Shown: piece after piece, positions 19,885-29,335 of the stretch
How the letters are laid out: every line of letters starts with the position of its first letter
Position numbering within the stretch: position 1 is the first letter of the stretch
From: Candidatus Eiseniibacteriota bacterium
GTDB lineage: Bacteria; Eisenbacteria; RBG-16-71-46; CAIMUX01; WJJG01
Direction of reading: 5' to 3'
Assembly: GCA_023129715.1 (NCBI GenBank)
Contig: JAGMBO010000049.1
Span: forward strand, 53,600 to 117,599
DNA length: 64,000 nucleotides
Position numbers and translations under genes: made by a program
The notes under the pieces: model-generated
Database searches by the model: none
What the model was told of the DNA's origin: nothing
The model's input: only the letters and a program-made list of their open reading frames with translations

Positions 19885-20793
19885 TCAAGCCGGGGGATGG
19901 GCCGGCTGGGGGCGGTCCCCCTCCCGACGGGCGGGGCGCCTGCCGATCAATGGCCGGCCGCCCGTTTCTCGCTCGAGTCGCCGACGGGCGATGGCAATCG
20001 CCTGGGGCGAACAGTCGCAGGCGCACCAACGCCGGCCATGGCGCGCGGCAACGACGACGCTTGTCCCGCTGCCGCAGAAGGGGTCGACGACCAGATCGCC
20101 GGGCCGACTCAGAGCCAGGACGATCCGCTCCAAGAGGAGTTCGGGTTTTTGTGTCGGGTAGCCGCAACGTTCCGGCGAGAGGGGGTTGATGATCGGCAAG
20201 TCCCAGACGTCGTCGAGTGGTGTTCCCGCCGGATGGGGCGAGTAGTGCTTGCCGGAACGGGCGGTAATGCCCCCGCGGGCGAAACCGCTTGTGGCCTTGT
20301 AGGGCACGCGCACGGCATCGATATTGAAAGTCCAGGAATCCCCGCGCGCATACCAGAGCAGCGTATCGTGTTTGCGGGAGAAGTAGCGTCTGGCGCGTCC
20401 GCCGCCGGTGTAGTGCCAGATGATCTCGTTGACGAACCGGTCGGGACCGAAGACCTCATCCAGCTCTAGTCTGACGGCGTGGACGACACGCCAGTCGAGA
20501 TGGATCACCAGGGATCCCTTGGGCCGCAGCAGCCGGCGTATGGCCTCGAGGCGCGGCCGCATGAACGCGAGGTAGTCGGCAAGGGTCTTCCACTGATCGT
20601 CGAAGCCGGGGGTGGAGTGGGCGGCGTCGGCGCCGGCCGGGCGCGGGGATATGATTCTCCGGCGGCCGGTGAAGAAGGGCGGGTCGGTGACGATGAGATC
20701 GACGATCCCGGCAGGCAGGGCGCTCATGAAGGCTAGATTATCGCCCTCGACCAGGAGCCGATCGTGATCGTCTGTCTCCATGGCCGGCCTCAT
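19885..20793 (-). CDS. DNA methyltransferase (N6-adenine or N4-cytosine; beta-class, motif IV before motif I)
   Basis: IVDLIVTDPPF (motif IV) near the N-terminus. LVVDPFCGSGTSVVVA (motif I, FxGxG) near the C-terminus. Confidence 0.8.
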   Translation of the reverse strand: MRPAMETDDHDRLLVEGDNLAFMSALPAGIVDLIVTDPPFFTGRRRIISPRPAGADAAHSTPGFDDQWKTLADYLAFMRPRLEAIRRLLRPKGSLVIHLDWRVVHAVRLELDEVFGPDRFVNEIIWHYTGGGRARRYFSRKHDTLLWYARGDSWTFNIDAVRVPYKATSGFARGGITARSGKHYSPHPAGTPLDDVWDLPIINPLSPERCGYPTQKPELLLERIVLALSRPGDLVVDPFCGSGTSVVVAARHGRRWCACDCSPQAIAIARRRLERETGGRPLIGRRPARREGDRPQPAHPPA

Positions 20794-20824
20794 CGGTCAC
20801 CCCCTTACACTTCCCGCGCCGAGA

Positions 20825-21691
20825 TCAGATCTTTTCGATCACCAAGCGCGGTTCCCCATAGGTGCCGCCCACATTGAGGTATTCCACGCCCTCGAGCGTC
20901 CGTCTGGCGACTGTCTTGTGTGTGTGTCCCGAGACCGACAATACCTGTGCCCCGCGTGCGACCGCCTGGCGAATCAGTGCCTCGAGACGCGACGTTCCAC
21001 TGAAGGCATTGAGAAAACGGCTCACTGGGTCATGGCTTTCTCGATGACCATTCAATTCCATCCGGGGGACACCGTGCGAGACGAAGACGATCTTGCGATG
21101 CTGGTCGAGAGCGGCGTGCAAGCGTTGCTCCCCGCCGGTGCAGATCTCCGCGCAGGCCTCCGCATCGCCCCATGGCCAATGGATCTTCTGGCCATCCATC
21201 CAGACCGGCTGGTGATGCCCCGGTGGCGTTTGGCGCCGGTAGTGATCCCCGGTGACGCGTTTACCGGCGATGGATAGCTCGGGTGTGCGCAGCGAGAAGT
21301 CGAAGTGCCCATAGCACCCGACGAGGGCAACGTCGCCGAGGGTGAGGTTTTCCTGATCGAGATAGACAGTCTCGGTGGCGGCGGCGACTTCACCCAGGAC
21401 TGCCCGATAGACCTCCCAGGAATCGCTCTGCGGATCGCTGCACCAGATGTCGTGATTGCCCGCGCAGAAGGCGACCGGACAGCCCGCCGCTGCGCGTAAT
21501 GTGCCGAGGAGCTCGCGATGGTAAACGCCGAGTTGCGCTCCGGCTAGGCTATCCATCTCGGCGACGTCGCCGGCGACGACGAGCACATCGAGGGCGGCCG
21601 GTTGGATAGTCTGCTCGACGAAGCGCTCGACCCGCCGATCGACCCAGTGGCCGATGCCGTAGTGAAGGTCTGCAGTGAGGCCGATGCGCAC
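20825..21691 (-). CDS. Calcineurin-like metallophosphoesterase
   Basis: Signature blocks DLHYG, VAGDVAE, GNHD and GHTHK. Confidence 0.75.
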   Translation of the reverse strand: MRIGLTADLHYGIGHWVDRRVERFVEQTIQPAALDVLVVAGDVAEMDSLAGAQLGVYHRELLGTLRAAAGCPVAFCAGNHDIWCSDPQSDSWEVYRAVLGEVAAATETVYLDQENLTLGDVALVGCYGHFDFSLRTPELSIAGKRVTGDHYRRQTPPGHHQPVWMDGQKIHWPWGDAEACAEICTGGEQRLHAALDQHRKIVFVSHGVPRMELNGHRESHDPVSRFLNAFSGTSRLEALIRQAVARGAQVLSVSGHTHKTVARRTLEGVEYLNVGGTYGEPRLVIEKI

Positions 21692-21710
21692 GGGGGAATG
21701 CTCCTGAATG

Positions 21711-22952
21711 TCAGGGTTCGTCGAGGGGCGGCACGGGAACCCCGCGCCGCGCCGCCTCGCGCCGCAGGACGGCCGCCAATCCGGTGGCCAGGTCGGGGTG
21801 CAAGGAGGGGGCGGCCTGCCTGCTCACCGGCCGGGGCAACGGCTCCGGTGCCGCCGCTCCTCCCGGTGCGAGCGCCCGGGCCGCGTGCAGCTCGGCGACC
21901 TGGTGATGGTCTTGCCCGGCTCTGGCGATCGAGAAGCCTCCCTGGCGATCGATGCCGGCGAAGGCGATCAGATCGGCGCCGGCGCAGGCCGCCTGGAAGG
22001 CGGCCGCGGTTCCGGCCGGGTGCAGCCCATGCCGGGTTGCCAAGATCGGCAGCTCTAGTGCCGTTCCGGCTTCATAGAGCCGGCGCCACTGCTCGCGTGC
22101 CTCCTGCCGGTATGGTCCAAGGTCTCGCAGCGGAACACCCCAGAGGAGCGGCGCACCCCGGCGCGCGAGCTGATGGACGGCCAGCGCCGCAAGACCTGTC
22201 GCGATCGCGGCCACACTTGCGTCGCCGGCAGTCCGTTCTTCAGAAGGCGCGGGCAAGACGATCGCAACCGGGATGCCCCCGCGGGCGGCATCGATCAGCA
22301 CCCGGCAGGCGGTGCGATTCCAGATCAGCGGCTCGTCGGCTGCTGCCTCGAGGATCAGCAGCGGCTTGGCCTCGGCCGCGGCGCGCTTGCGTCGGACGAC
22401 TTGAAGTAGATTGCGGATGCAGTCGAGCGACTCTGCCTCGGCGAGGCGGGCGATCTGCGGTTTCTGTGAGAGGCGCAGGCCGGCGTAGAAGCGGTAGATC
22501 TCCGCGATCTCCGGGGCGGCATCGGTTGGCGCCGGCGCCTGGCCGATGAGGTCGAGACCGGTGAGCTGGTCGAGTGCTGTGATCGCGGCCGCCAAGGAGG
22601 GCGCCGTATCGCCGCCGCGAGATGCCGGCGCCTCCGGCGGCACAGCCGCGGCGGAGGCAGGGTTCTCCGAGACCGCCGATGCGCAGAGGGGGCGGCGGTG
22701 CGGCCCGAAGCCTCCGGCGACCGTGCCTACCTTGCGCCCCGCACGATTGAAGAGGGCGAAGGCGGTGGGTAGTGCCGACAGGGCCGCGCGGATGCACCGG
22801 GGGCGCAGTGTCGGGGGATCGGATTTCGCTTGCAGGGCATCGGCACTGACCAAGAGATCCCGCGCCTCCGCGTCGGCGAAGTGAGCGCCCCGCTGGGCGA
22901 GCAGATCAATGGCTTCATCGAGATGCGCCGATGTTCCATCTCGCGTCTTCAC
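21711..22952 (-). CDS. MttB-superfamily protein (trimethylamine/glycine-betaine:corrinoid methyltransferase-like TIM barrel)
   Basis: ARGGIPVAIVLPAPSEERTAGDASVAAIATGLAALAVHQLARRGAPLLWG aligns with the MttB core (ARAGIPVIIAS.PMAGATAPVTLAGTLVQQNAEVLAG...NPGAPVIYG). N-terminal HLDEAIDLLAQRGAHFADAEARDLL resembles the MttB N-terminal helix pair. The track ORF is extended 5' by Arg-rich junk. The GTG start at ~22952 is a guess. Confidence 0.5.
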   Translation of the reverse strand: MKTRDGTSAHLDEAIDLLAQRGAHFADAEARDLLVSADALQAKSDPPTLRPRCIRAALSALPTAFALFNRAGRKVGTVAGGFGPHRRPLCASAVSENPASAAAVPPEAPASRGGDTAPSLAAAITALDQLTGLDLIGQAPAPTDAAPEIAEIYRFYAGLRLSQKPQIARLAEAESLDCIRNLLQVVRRKRAAAEAKPLLILEAAADEPLIWNRTACRVLIDAARGGIPVAIVLPAPSEERTAGDASVAAIATGLAALAVHQLARRGAPLLWGVPLRDLGPYRQEAREQWRRLYEAGTALELPILATRHGLHPAGTAAAFQAACAGADLIAFAGIDRQGGFSIARAGQDHHQVAELHAARALAPGGAAAPEPLPRPVSRQAAPSLHPDLATGLAAVLRREAARRGVPVPPLDEP

Positions 22953-23335
22953 CCCAGCCCTCCAATGGCAGCTGTCCCGCTTCGGGAACACTGCCTGCGT
23001 CGCCCGCGCTTGTGTTCGGTGGCTTCCCCTCACCCGCCGCGCCCGCGCTTGTGTTGAGTGGTGTCCCACCTCCACCCGTGCCCGTGCTCGTATTCGGGGG
23101 CTTCCAGTCCCCACCCGGTTCTCTCGCCGCGCGGCCTTCTTCCCGGGGAACCTGCAATTACCGCTACCACAGCCCACTGGGAGGCGCAATCGGCCAGCTG
23201 GGGGCGAGGAGGTGAGGAATGGATGAGTTCGGCCAGTGGCGCCCAAGATCGAGCCCCCGCCCGCCGATCGGTTAGCGTGAGGCCAAACCTCGCTCCGGGG
23301 AGCGTCGATCCCCGCAACGACTCACGGAGGAAGCG

Positions 23336-24280
23336 ATGCCAGCCGAGGAGAAGGGCGCCGAACGCCCGCCCCGCGAGGCGGGTCCAGATCAGAAGGCTGC
23401 CTCGCAGCAAGTGTCCGAGTCGCCGGCCGGGTCGACCCGGTCGGCCGCGCCCGCCGGGCAGAGGCGCCTGCGCATGCCGCTCAATCCACTCGCCTTCGGT
23501 GCGATCGCGATTGCTCTCGTTGCCTCGGCCGTCTCTCTCGGGGTAGTGCTCAAGGCGGCCCGTCTGCAGCCGGAGTGGGACCGGATGCGGCGGGCGGCCG
23601 TCGATCCCGCCGACTTGGGCCACTATGCCTGGGCCAACGCCAGGTTGCTAGGCGGCGAGACCTACCGTCCCGGCGAAGTGACGATCGTTTTCGGCAGCGC
23701 ATACGGGGCCGCCTGGGAGATGCTCCCGGCCCTGCAAGGAAAGAGGGTTCACAACCGCTCCCTGCCGGGACAGAATACGACGCGGTTGCTCCTGCGCATA
23801 GAGCAGGATGTCCTGGCGCTGCGCCCGCGGGCGATGGTCTTTCTGCCTCCCCTGGAGGGTGCGCGGAATCCGGAGCGGACGCTGTTGCACACCCGTCTGA
23901 TCGGGCAGCTGGCCGAGGGGCATGGCATCCGAACGGCACTGGCGACGATTCCCCCGATTCCCGCAGAGGCCGACACGGTTCCCGGTGGCTACCTGGGAGG
24001 GCTGCGCGTGGTCAACCGCGGCCTTGAGGAGCTGGCGCGAGAGATGAACTGGCCCTTGCTCGACTTTTATGGGTGTCTGGTTGGCGATGACTTCTACTTG
24101 GCCCCGGAGTACGCCGGCACCGGGATGTGGCCCAATGTCCAGGGCTACCGCCAGGCGACCGACATGCTCGCCGCCCTGCTCGATCGGTGGGAGATGGGCG
24201 ATCCGGGTAGGATCACGCCCGAGGGGTCATTCGGACTCGCCGAGGCACCCGGCAGACGCGCGCGCGATTCCGCCTATTGA
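23336..24280 (+). CDS. Hypothetical membrane-anchored protein, possibly SGNH-hydrolase-like
   Basis: N-terminal TM (LAFGAIAIALVASAVSLGVVL). Weak SGNH-like blocks (IVFGSAYG, GQNTT). Confidence 0.35.
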   Translation: MPAEEKGAERPPREAGPDQKAASQQVSESPAGSTRSAAPAGQRRLRMPLNPLAFGAIAIALVASAVSLGVVLKAARLQPEWDRMRRAAVDPADLGHYAWANARLLGGETYRPGEVTIVFGSAYGAAWEMLPALQGKRVHNRSLPGQNTTRLLLRIEQDVLALRPRAMVFLPPLEGARNPERTLLHTRLIGQLAEGHGIRTALATIPPIPAEADTVPGGYLGGLRVVNRGLEELAREMNWPLLDFYGCLVGDDFYLAPEYAGTGMWPNVQGYRQATDMLAALLDRWEMGDPGRITPEGSFGLAEAPGRRARDSAY

Positions 24281-24362
24281 GCGCGTGTGTTCGGGCATCT
24301 ACGGTAGGTCTCGCCTCCGAGCAGCCTGGCGTTGGCCCAGGCATAGGTGCTGGGGCCGTCGC

Positions 24363-25637
24363 TCAGCGCTCAACGGCCGCGCCGAATGCCCCCATCCGGT
24401 CACACCCGGGCGTGGCCCCCGCAAGGCAGGGCGAATCCCCGGCCAGATGGAAGTCCTCTCCATCGTCATCGATGAAGCGCGGATCGGCCGCGATGTTTCC
24501 ATCCGTTCCGGTGGGATCGGGGCAGCCGGTGTAGGCGCGTGTAGACCAGCAGTCGTTGCACTGGAAGGTGACCGCGGCGCCCTGGCCGCAGAGCACACCG
24601 TCGGGGTGGCCGGCGAGGATGTTGCGTTCGATGTGTGCACTGCCTCCCAAAAGGCGCAGGACCTGGATGATCAGATCACAGCGCGTCTCCGGGATCCCGT
24701 AGAGCGTTGTTCCGCGCAGCACGACGTCGCACTCCCGGGCGGTCAGGCCGCACCAGATCAATGCGCAGTCCTCGATCTCGACTTGCGATGAGTCGGCCTC
24801 GATCCCCGTCCCACAGGCAATCTGCGGTTGCGTGACCCGCACGTTGCGCAAGGTGAGGCCTCCATTGTGCACGCGAATCACCGGCTCGCTCTCCTCTGGT
24901 GAGTCGCCGTATCGGATCTGCGTCTCCTGCGGCCCGGCGCCGATCAGGACGACGGAGAGATCCTCGATCGACAGCGGCTCGACATAGGTACCCGCAACGA
25001 TCGCGATCGTGTCCCCGTCCGCTGCGGCGTCGAGCGCCGCGCCGATCGTGACGAAGTCTCCACCGCCCGCCGGATCGACGACCCAGTTCCCCCGCTCCGT
25101 TGTGTCGGCCGCCACATTCGAGATCGGTGCAGGGTTGTGGGTCTCGTCATACGTCAGCAGGGCGAAGAAATAGGGGGTCGCCGGAGCCAGATCGTGGAGG
25201 GTCATGCGCTCCGTCGTTCCCGCAGTTTGTGGCGTGGGCTCGTCGGCGACCTGGATCAGGGAGTCCCAGGCGGCAGCGGTGAAGGGGGTTGTGCGGTAGC
25301 GCAAGTCATAGGTCGTCGCGCGGCCCTCGTCGCCATCGTCCCCCGGTGCCGTCCAGGCGAGGGTCATCCAGGACGTTCCGGCCGCCTCGACCTGGAGGTC
25401 GCTCACCGCGGCGGGTGCGACGAGGTCGGGTCGCATCTGATCATCATTGTCACTGTCGCAGCCCAACCCGATCAATCCCGCGGAGAGGATCGACAACGTA
25501 ATCGCCACGAGCTGCCGGAACGGGCGCTGCCGGGCGACCGCCTGGGCGCCGGTCCGGCGCTCGCACCGCTCCTTCCGCCGAGCGGCGCTCCGGGGTCGAA
25601 TGCCCGGGGGCGGCCTGGAATGCGTGTGGTTTCTCAT
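24363..25637 (-). CDS. Lipoprotein with FN3-like and parallel beta-helix domains
   Basis: Lipobox LIGLGC. FN3-like segment (TLAWTAPGDDGDEGRATTYDLRY). Beta-helix repeats. Start trimmed to the internal Met. Confidence 0.5.
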   Translation of the reverse strand: MRNHTHSRPPPGIRPRSAARRKERCERRTGAQAVARQRPFRQLVAITLSILSAGLIGLGCDSDNDDQMRPDLVAPAAVSDLQVEAAGTSWMTLAWTAPGDDGDEGRATTYDLRYRTTPFTAAAWDSLIQVADEPTPQTAGTTERMTLHDLAPATPYFFALLTYDETHNPAPISNVAADTTERGNWVVDPAGGGDFVTIGAALDAAADGDTIAIVAGTYVEPLSIEDLSVVLIGAGPQETQIRYGDSPEESEPVIRVHNGGLTLRNVRVTQPQIACGTGIEADSSQVEIEDCALIWCGLTARECDVVLRGTTLYGIPETRCDLIIQVLRLLGGSAHIERNILAGHPDGVLCGQGAAVTFQCNDCWSTRAYTGCPDPTGTDGNIAADPRFIDDDGEDFHLAGDSPCLAGATPGCDRMGAFGAAVER

Positions 25638-25714
25638 TTGTGAGGTGGTCCTGCTCTGCTGAGATCTCCCCGGGCTCTGCCATGCCGCGGCGTCTGCGAA
25701 TCGTGCGAGGCGAT

Positions 25715-26821
25715 CTAGCGCAACCAGACGAACCGGGAGGTGATCCTTCTCTGATCCGTCTGCAGGCGGATGAAATAGACCCCTGTGCGCGCCGGTTCGC
25801 CCTGGTCTGTCAGTCCATCCCACATCCAGGCAGCCGATCCCGCTCGAAGATGCCCCCGGTGGAGCAGGCGCACGATGCGTCCCGCCGGATCATGGATCGC
25901 CACCGTGCCCATGACGGGTGAGGCTGTATCGAAGAGAACCGCCACGCTCCGGAGCGCGGGGTTGGGCGAACAACGAAGACCCGTGCCATTGGCCCGGCCC
26001 GGCAGGATGTCACCCACACCGGAGGGCGGACATCCGGTGGAATCGGGCGGCGGCGGGCCATTGATTCCCGCATGCCCGATGACCGGGAAGTACATCCTGC
26101 GGCCTGGGGGCGTCTTGGCCCACGAGAGTTCGTATGCGGGGCTATTCCCGCTCTGCAGTCGGATCCAGGCAGGAGCGTCATCGAGCGGGGCGAACCAAAG
26201 TTCCCCGATGAAGTGGGCACTGTCATCCAGTGGCACACGGAATGCTCCGACCCCGGCGATCTCCAGATCGCCCACGTGGGACCAGCTAATGAGATCCAGA
26301 TTGGAACTCAGTTTGCAGTCCCAGCAGTATGACGTGAGACTGTCGCAGCCCTCCAAAACCACCATCGCAACATACTCGCTGTCGGGCGGCAAAACGATTG
26401 TATCCAGGTCGTGCGCCGGGTCATCGAAATCGAAGGACAGACGGATGGTTCCTTGGCACCCGTCGGGCAAGAGATCGCAGGGCTCGCAGCCGGGAACAGG
26501 CAGGTCCCAGGAATTCGCGAACGTGACGAAGTCCCACAGGTCGACGGACTCATCTCGGTTGTAGTCGGCACTCAGGCCGGGGCCGGTGGCCGTCCACTCC
26601 AAAGCGAAAAGCGAGAAGTCAATCAGGTCGACCCAGCAATCGTGGTTCATCTCAGTCCGGCCGGTCACGAAGTAAGCGTCCTGGCCGCACCACTCGCACT
26701 CATCCCAGATGAAATCCCCACACGCACGATCCATCGCTCCCGCGGCGGGCGCTATGATTGCCGCAAGCAGAACCGGAAGCGTGTATCCCATGAGGATACG
26801 GGCATGACTCGGCAGCTTCAT
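25715..26821 (-). CDS. Secreted protein with dockerin-like repeats and a T9SS-type/FlgD-Ig-like C-terminal domain
   Basis: Signal peptide. Ca-binding-like repeats (DYNRDESVDLWDF, DLIDFSLFA). C-terminus ...SPNPALRSVAVLF...GRIVRLL...WDG...GVYFIRL. Confidence 0.5.
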   Translation of the reverse strand: MKLPSHARILMGYTLPVLLAAIIAPAAGAMDRACGDFIWDECEWCGQDAYFVTGRTEMNHDCWVDLIDFSLFALEWTATGPGLSADYNRDESVDLWDFVTFANSWDLPVPGCEPCDLLPDGCQGTIRLSFDFDDPAHDLDTIVLPPDSEYVAMVVLEGCDSLTSYCWDCKLSSNLDLISWSHVGDLEIAGVGAFRVPLDDSAHFIGELWFAPLDDAPAWIRLQSGNSPAYELSWAKTPPGRRMYFPVIGHAGINGPPPPDSTGCPPSGVGDILPGRANGTGLRCSPNPALRSVAVLFDTASPVMGTVAIHDPAGRIVRLLHRGHLRAGSAAWMWDGLTDQGEPARTGVYFIRLQTDQRRITSRFVWLR

Positions 26822-27221
26822 GATCCACCTCCTGGCAAACACGTGAAACTCGGGGCAACAGGAGCGCGGTCATTGATGAATCCCGCGAGAAAGTCTACTC
26901 CTCAAGAGGAAAGAGTTCAACGGCGTGGGGCTAAGGCATGGGGCTAAGCCGAGCAGGATCGCACGTGGCGACTCGATCTGGTCGCCGATCTGCTTGCCCA
27001 CGAAGCGCCTCTCGCGGCGGCGGGGGGCCAACCCGAGATGACGGAAGGCCAGGGCCGGCAGCCGTGTATCTTTCGAGCAGACCCGTGGCAGCCCTCCCGA
27101 GTGGGGCGCGCCGCCCCTCCTTGTGTGCTTGTCGCACCCAGGCCTCCACCGCTATCATGAGTGGGAGAGGGCTCTCGGGCGAAGGAAGGGACTCGTCTGG
27201 TTACAGGCGGTAGGAGGGGTC

Positions 27222-28484
27222 ATGTCAGTCACGAAGGGCGCGATCGAAGTGCTGCTCGTTCTGGGGCTGCTCAGTTCACTCGCCGCTTCGGGGGTGGCCG
27301 GGAACAGGGTGACGATCGAGGAGACGGAGGCCTACATCGGGCAGACGATCACGGTCAACATCTTCTGCCACAACGAGGATGATCTCTTCGAGTACTTCAA
27401 CCTGGTCGTTTTCGACGATTCCAAGCTGGAGTTCGTGGCCATCGCCGCCGATCGCGGCGATCTGTGGTACGGCCTCTATCCGACCCATGTGTCTCATGAC
27501 AGTGTCTTCGTGCATGGCGTCGCCGGCGGTTTCGGGGACTGCATCGATCCGGACTGGAGTGATCCGGGAAGTCCGCTCTTCCATCTCACCTTCCGGGTCA
27601 GGTCCGGGGCGGCGGACTTCGCCGCGGTTCAGTTCGCCACCGAGGGGATATGGGACGGGCATTGGAATAACTGCAGCGGCTATCAGATCAGTCCCACTCC
27701 CGACTACTACGCTGGTGGGGTGAGCATCCTGGGTCACGCCGGCCACATCACCATTGGCAGCGGTGCCGCCGAACCGGGTCGACAGGTTGTCATCGAGATA
27801 TGCATGCGCAATGGCCTGGATGTCTTCGAGTACTTCAACCAGATCCTCTTCGAGCACACGGTGGCGCAGGTCGACTCGATTGTGCCGGCACGGGGCGTTC
27901 TGCACTACGGCTACTACCCGACCCATGTCTCCGGCGATACGATCTTCGTCCATGGTTGGGCAGGTAGCGGCAGCTGTTTCCATGCCGATCTGTCCTACCC
28001 CGGTGCGCCCCTCTACCTGATCCATCTCAGCCTTCACGACTGGGCACCGCCCGGCTACACCATGCCGCTGGCATTCCTGGAGGAGTCATCGCTCTGGAAT
28101 CACTGGGTCGGCTGTGACCTCTACACGACCGATTCGTTCACGGGAACGGATGGCTCGCTCCACGTGGAGGAGGCGTCAGCTGCCGAGGACGAACCTCCGG
28201 CGCCACGCGTGGCCCTGCTCGGGCCAACCTTCCCCAATCCCGGCACCGCGGGAGCGAGCGTCCGCTACTGCCTGGCTAGCCCGGGCCGGGTCAAGCTCGA
28301 CATCGTCGATAGCGCCGGTCGGAGACTGAGGACGCTGCTCGACCAGAACCAGCGAGCGGGCTGGCATGGGATGTTCTGGGATGGCACCGATGACTCCGGC
28401 CTGCGGGTGCCTCGTGGGGTGTACCTCTTTCGTCTCCACACGGCTTCCAGAACCGAGAGCCGAAAGCTCGTCCTGGTTGACTGA
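27222..28484 (+). CDS. Secreted protein with two tandem ~150-aa homologous domains (cohesin-like?) and a T9SS-type/FlgD-Ig-like C-terminal domain
   Basis: Internal duplication (DLFEYFNLVVFDD...YPTHVSHDSVFVHG vs DVFEYFNQILFEH...YPTHVSGDTIFVHG). C-terminal ...FPNPGTAGASVRY...GRRLRTL...WDG...GVYLFRL. Confidence 0.55.
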   Translation: MSVTKGAIEVLLVLGLLSSLAASGVAGNRVTIEETEAYIGQTITVNIFCHNEDDLFEYFNLVVFDDSKLEFVAIAADRGDLWYGLYPTHVSHDSVFVHGVAGGFGDCIDPDWSDPGSPLFHLTFRVRSGAADFAAVQFATEGIWDGHWNNCSGYQISPTPDYYAGGVSILGHAGHITIGSGAAEPGRQVVIEICMRNGLDVFEYFNQILFEHTVAQVDSIVPARGVLHYGYYPTHVSGDTIFVHGWAGSGSCFHADLSYPGAPLYLIHLSLHDWAPPGYTMPLAFLEESSLWNHWVGCDLYTTDSFTGTDGSLHVEEASAAEDEPPAPRVALLGPTFPNPGTAGASVRYCLASPGRVKLDIVDSAGRRLRTLLDQNQRAGWHGMFWDGTDDSGLRVPRGVYLFRLHTASRTESRKLVLVD

Positions 28485-28561
28485 CTCGGCACCTTCGCGC
28501 GACTATTGCCGGCCGTCCCATCTTCTGTGCGCGATCAGCTGCACACCGCTCTTCTACGGAA

Positions 28562-29272
28562 GTGTCGAGCCTCTGTCGATGGAGGAGAGCTTGTGATGGA
28601 GGAACGCGCGTGATCGAGACCGGCAGCGGCATGGCGTTTCGCTATTGCCCGCTCTGTGCAACCCCGCTGCGGGGGGCGGGACAATCCCATTGCCCCGTTT
28701 GCGGTTACATCCACTACCGCAACCCTGTCTCGGTCGTGGCGGGCATTCTGCTCGCCGACGGACCGCGGCTACCGGCTCCCGGTAGGTTGGTGCCGCCGCC
28801 GGATGCCTCTCATGCGCTCTTCGTGCGGCGCACGGCGAAGTTCCCCGGCACGTGGTGTCTGCCCTGCGGCTACATCGAGTACGAGGAGGAGATCCACGCG
28901 GCCGCCTGCCGGGAGTTCCGGGAAGAGACCGGGCTTGAGGTCGAGACCGTCGGGGTCTATGCGGTGCAGTCGAACTTTCATGATCCGATCAATCACACCG
29001 TCGGTACCTGGTTTCTCGTGCGCTATCTCGCCGGCGCGCTGCAAGCCGGGGACGATGCCGATCGGGCGGAGTTCTTCCCGCTACCGACGCCCCCCGAGCC
29101 GCTCGCTTTCCCCACGGATCGCACGGTGATTGCCGCGCTGACGGCGCGCACCGAACTCCGGTCCGCTGCCGGTGTTGCCTTGGGAAAGGGCTGTCCGCTG
29201 CCGATCGTGAACCATGCCGAGGCCCGCGACCGCGCGCGGCTGTGGTGGAGCCGGATCAAGCGGCGCCGGTGA
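28562..29272 (+). CDS. NUDIX hydrolase with N-terminal C4 zinc ribbon (NudC-like core). Start probably ~28630
   Basis: CPLC...CPVCG zinc ribbon. Nudix box GYIEYEEEIHAAACREFREETGLEV (Gx5Ex7REUxEExGU). Confidence 0.8.
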   Translation: MSSLCRWRRACDGGTRVIETGSGMAFRYCPLCATPLRGAGQSHCPVCGYIHYRNPVSVVAGILLADGPRLPAPGRLVPPPDASHALFVRRTAKFPGTWCLPCGYIEYEEEIHAAACREFREETGLEVETVGVYAVQSNFHDPINHTVGTWFLVRYLAGALQAGDDADRAEFFPLPTPPEPLAFPTDRTVIAALTARTELRSAAGVALGKGCPLPIVNHAEARDRARLWWSRIKRRR

Positions 29273-29296
29273 GCCGTCGGGCGAGCGAGGAGCCCA

Positions 29297-29335
29297 CGAC
29301 GAGGAGTCCATGACGAGGAGTCCATGACGAGGAAA
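29297..29335. repeat. Tandem ~2.4x repeat of 14-bp unit acgaggagtccatg spanning the amidohydrolase start codon (coordinates approximate)
   Basis: Direct reading: cgacgaggagtccatgacgaggagtccatgacgaggaaaacc. Each copy carries an ATG, and the upstream copy is followed by an in-frame TGA. Confidence 0.5.

Noticed and set aside
21602-22549. 315-aa plus-strand Arg-rich ORF
   Set aside because: Antisense to the MttB-like gene. Composition (about 25% Arg) is not protein-like.
21711-23246. Full 511-aa extent of the track ORF for the MttB-like gene
   Set aside because: The first ~98 residues are Arg/Gly-rich low-complexity with no homology. MttB-like similarity begins near the GTG at ~22952, so the gene was trimmed.
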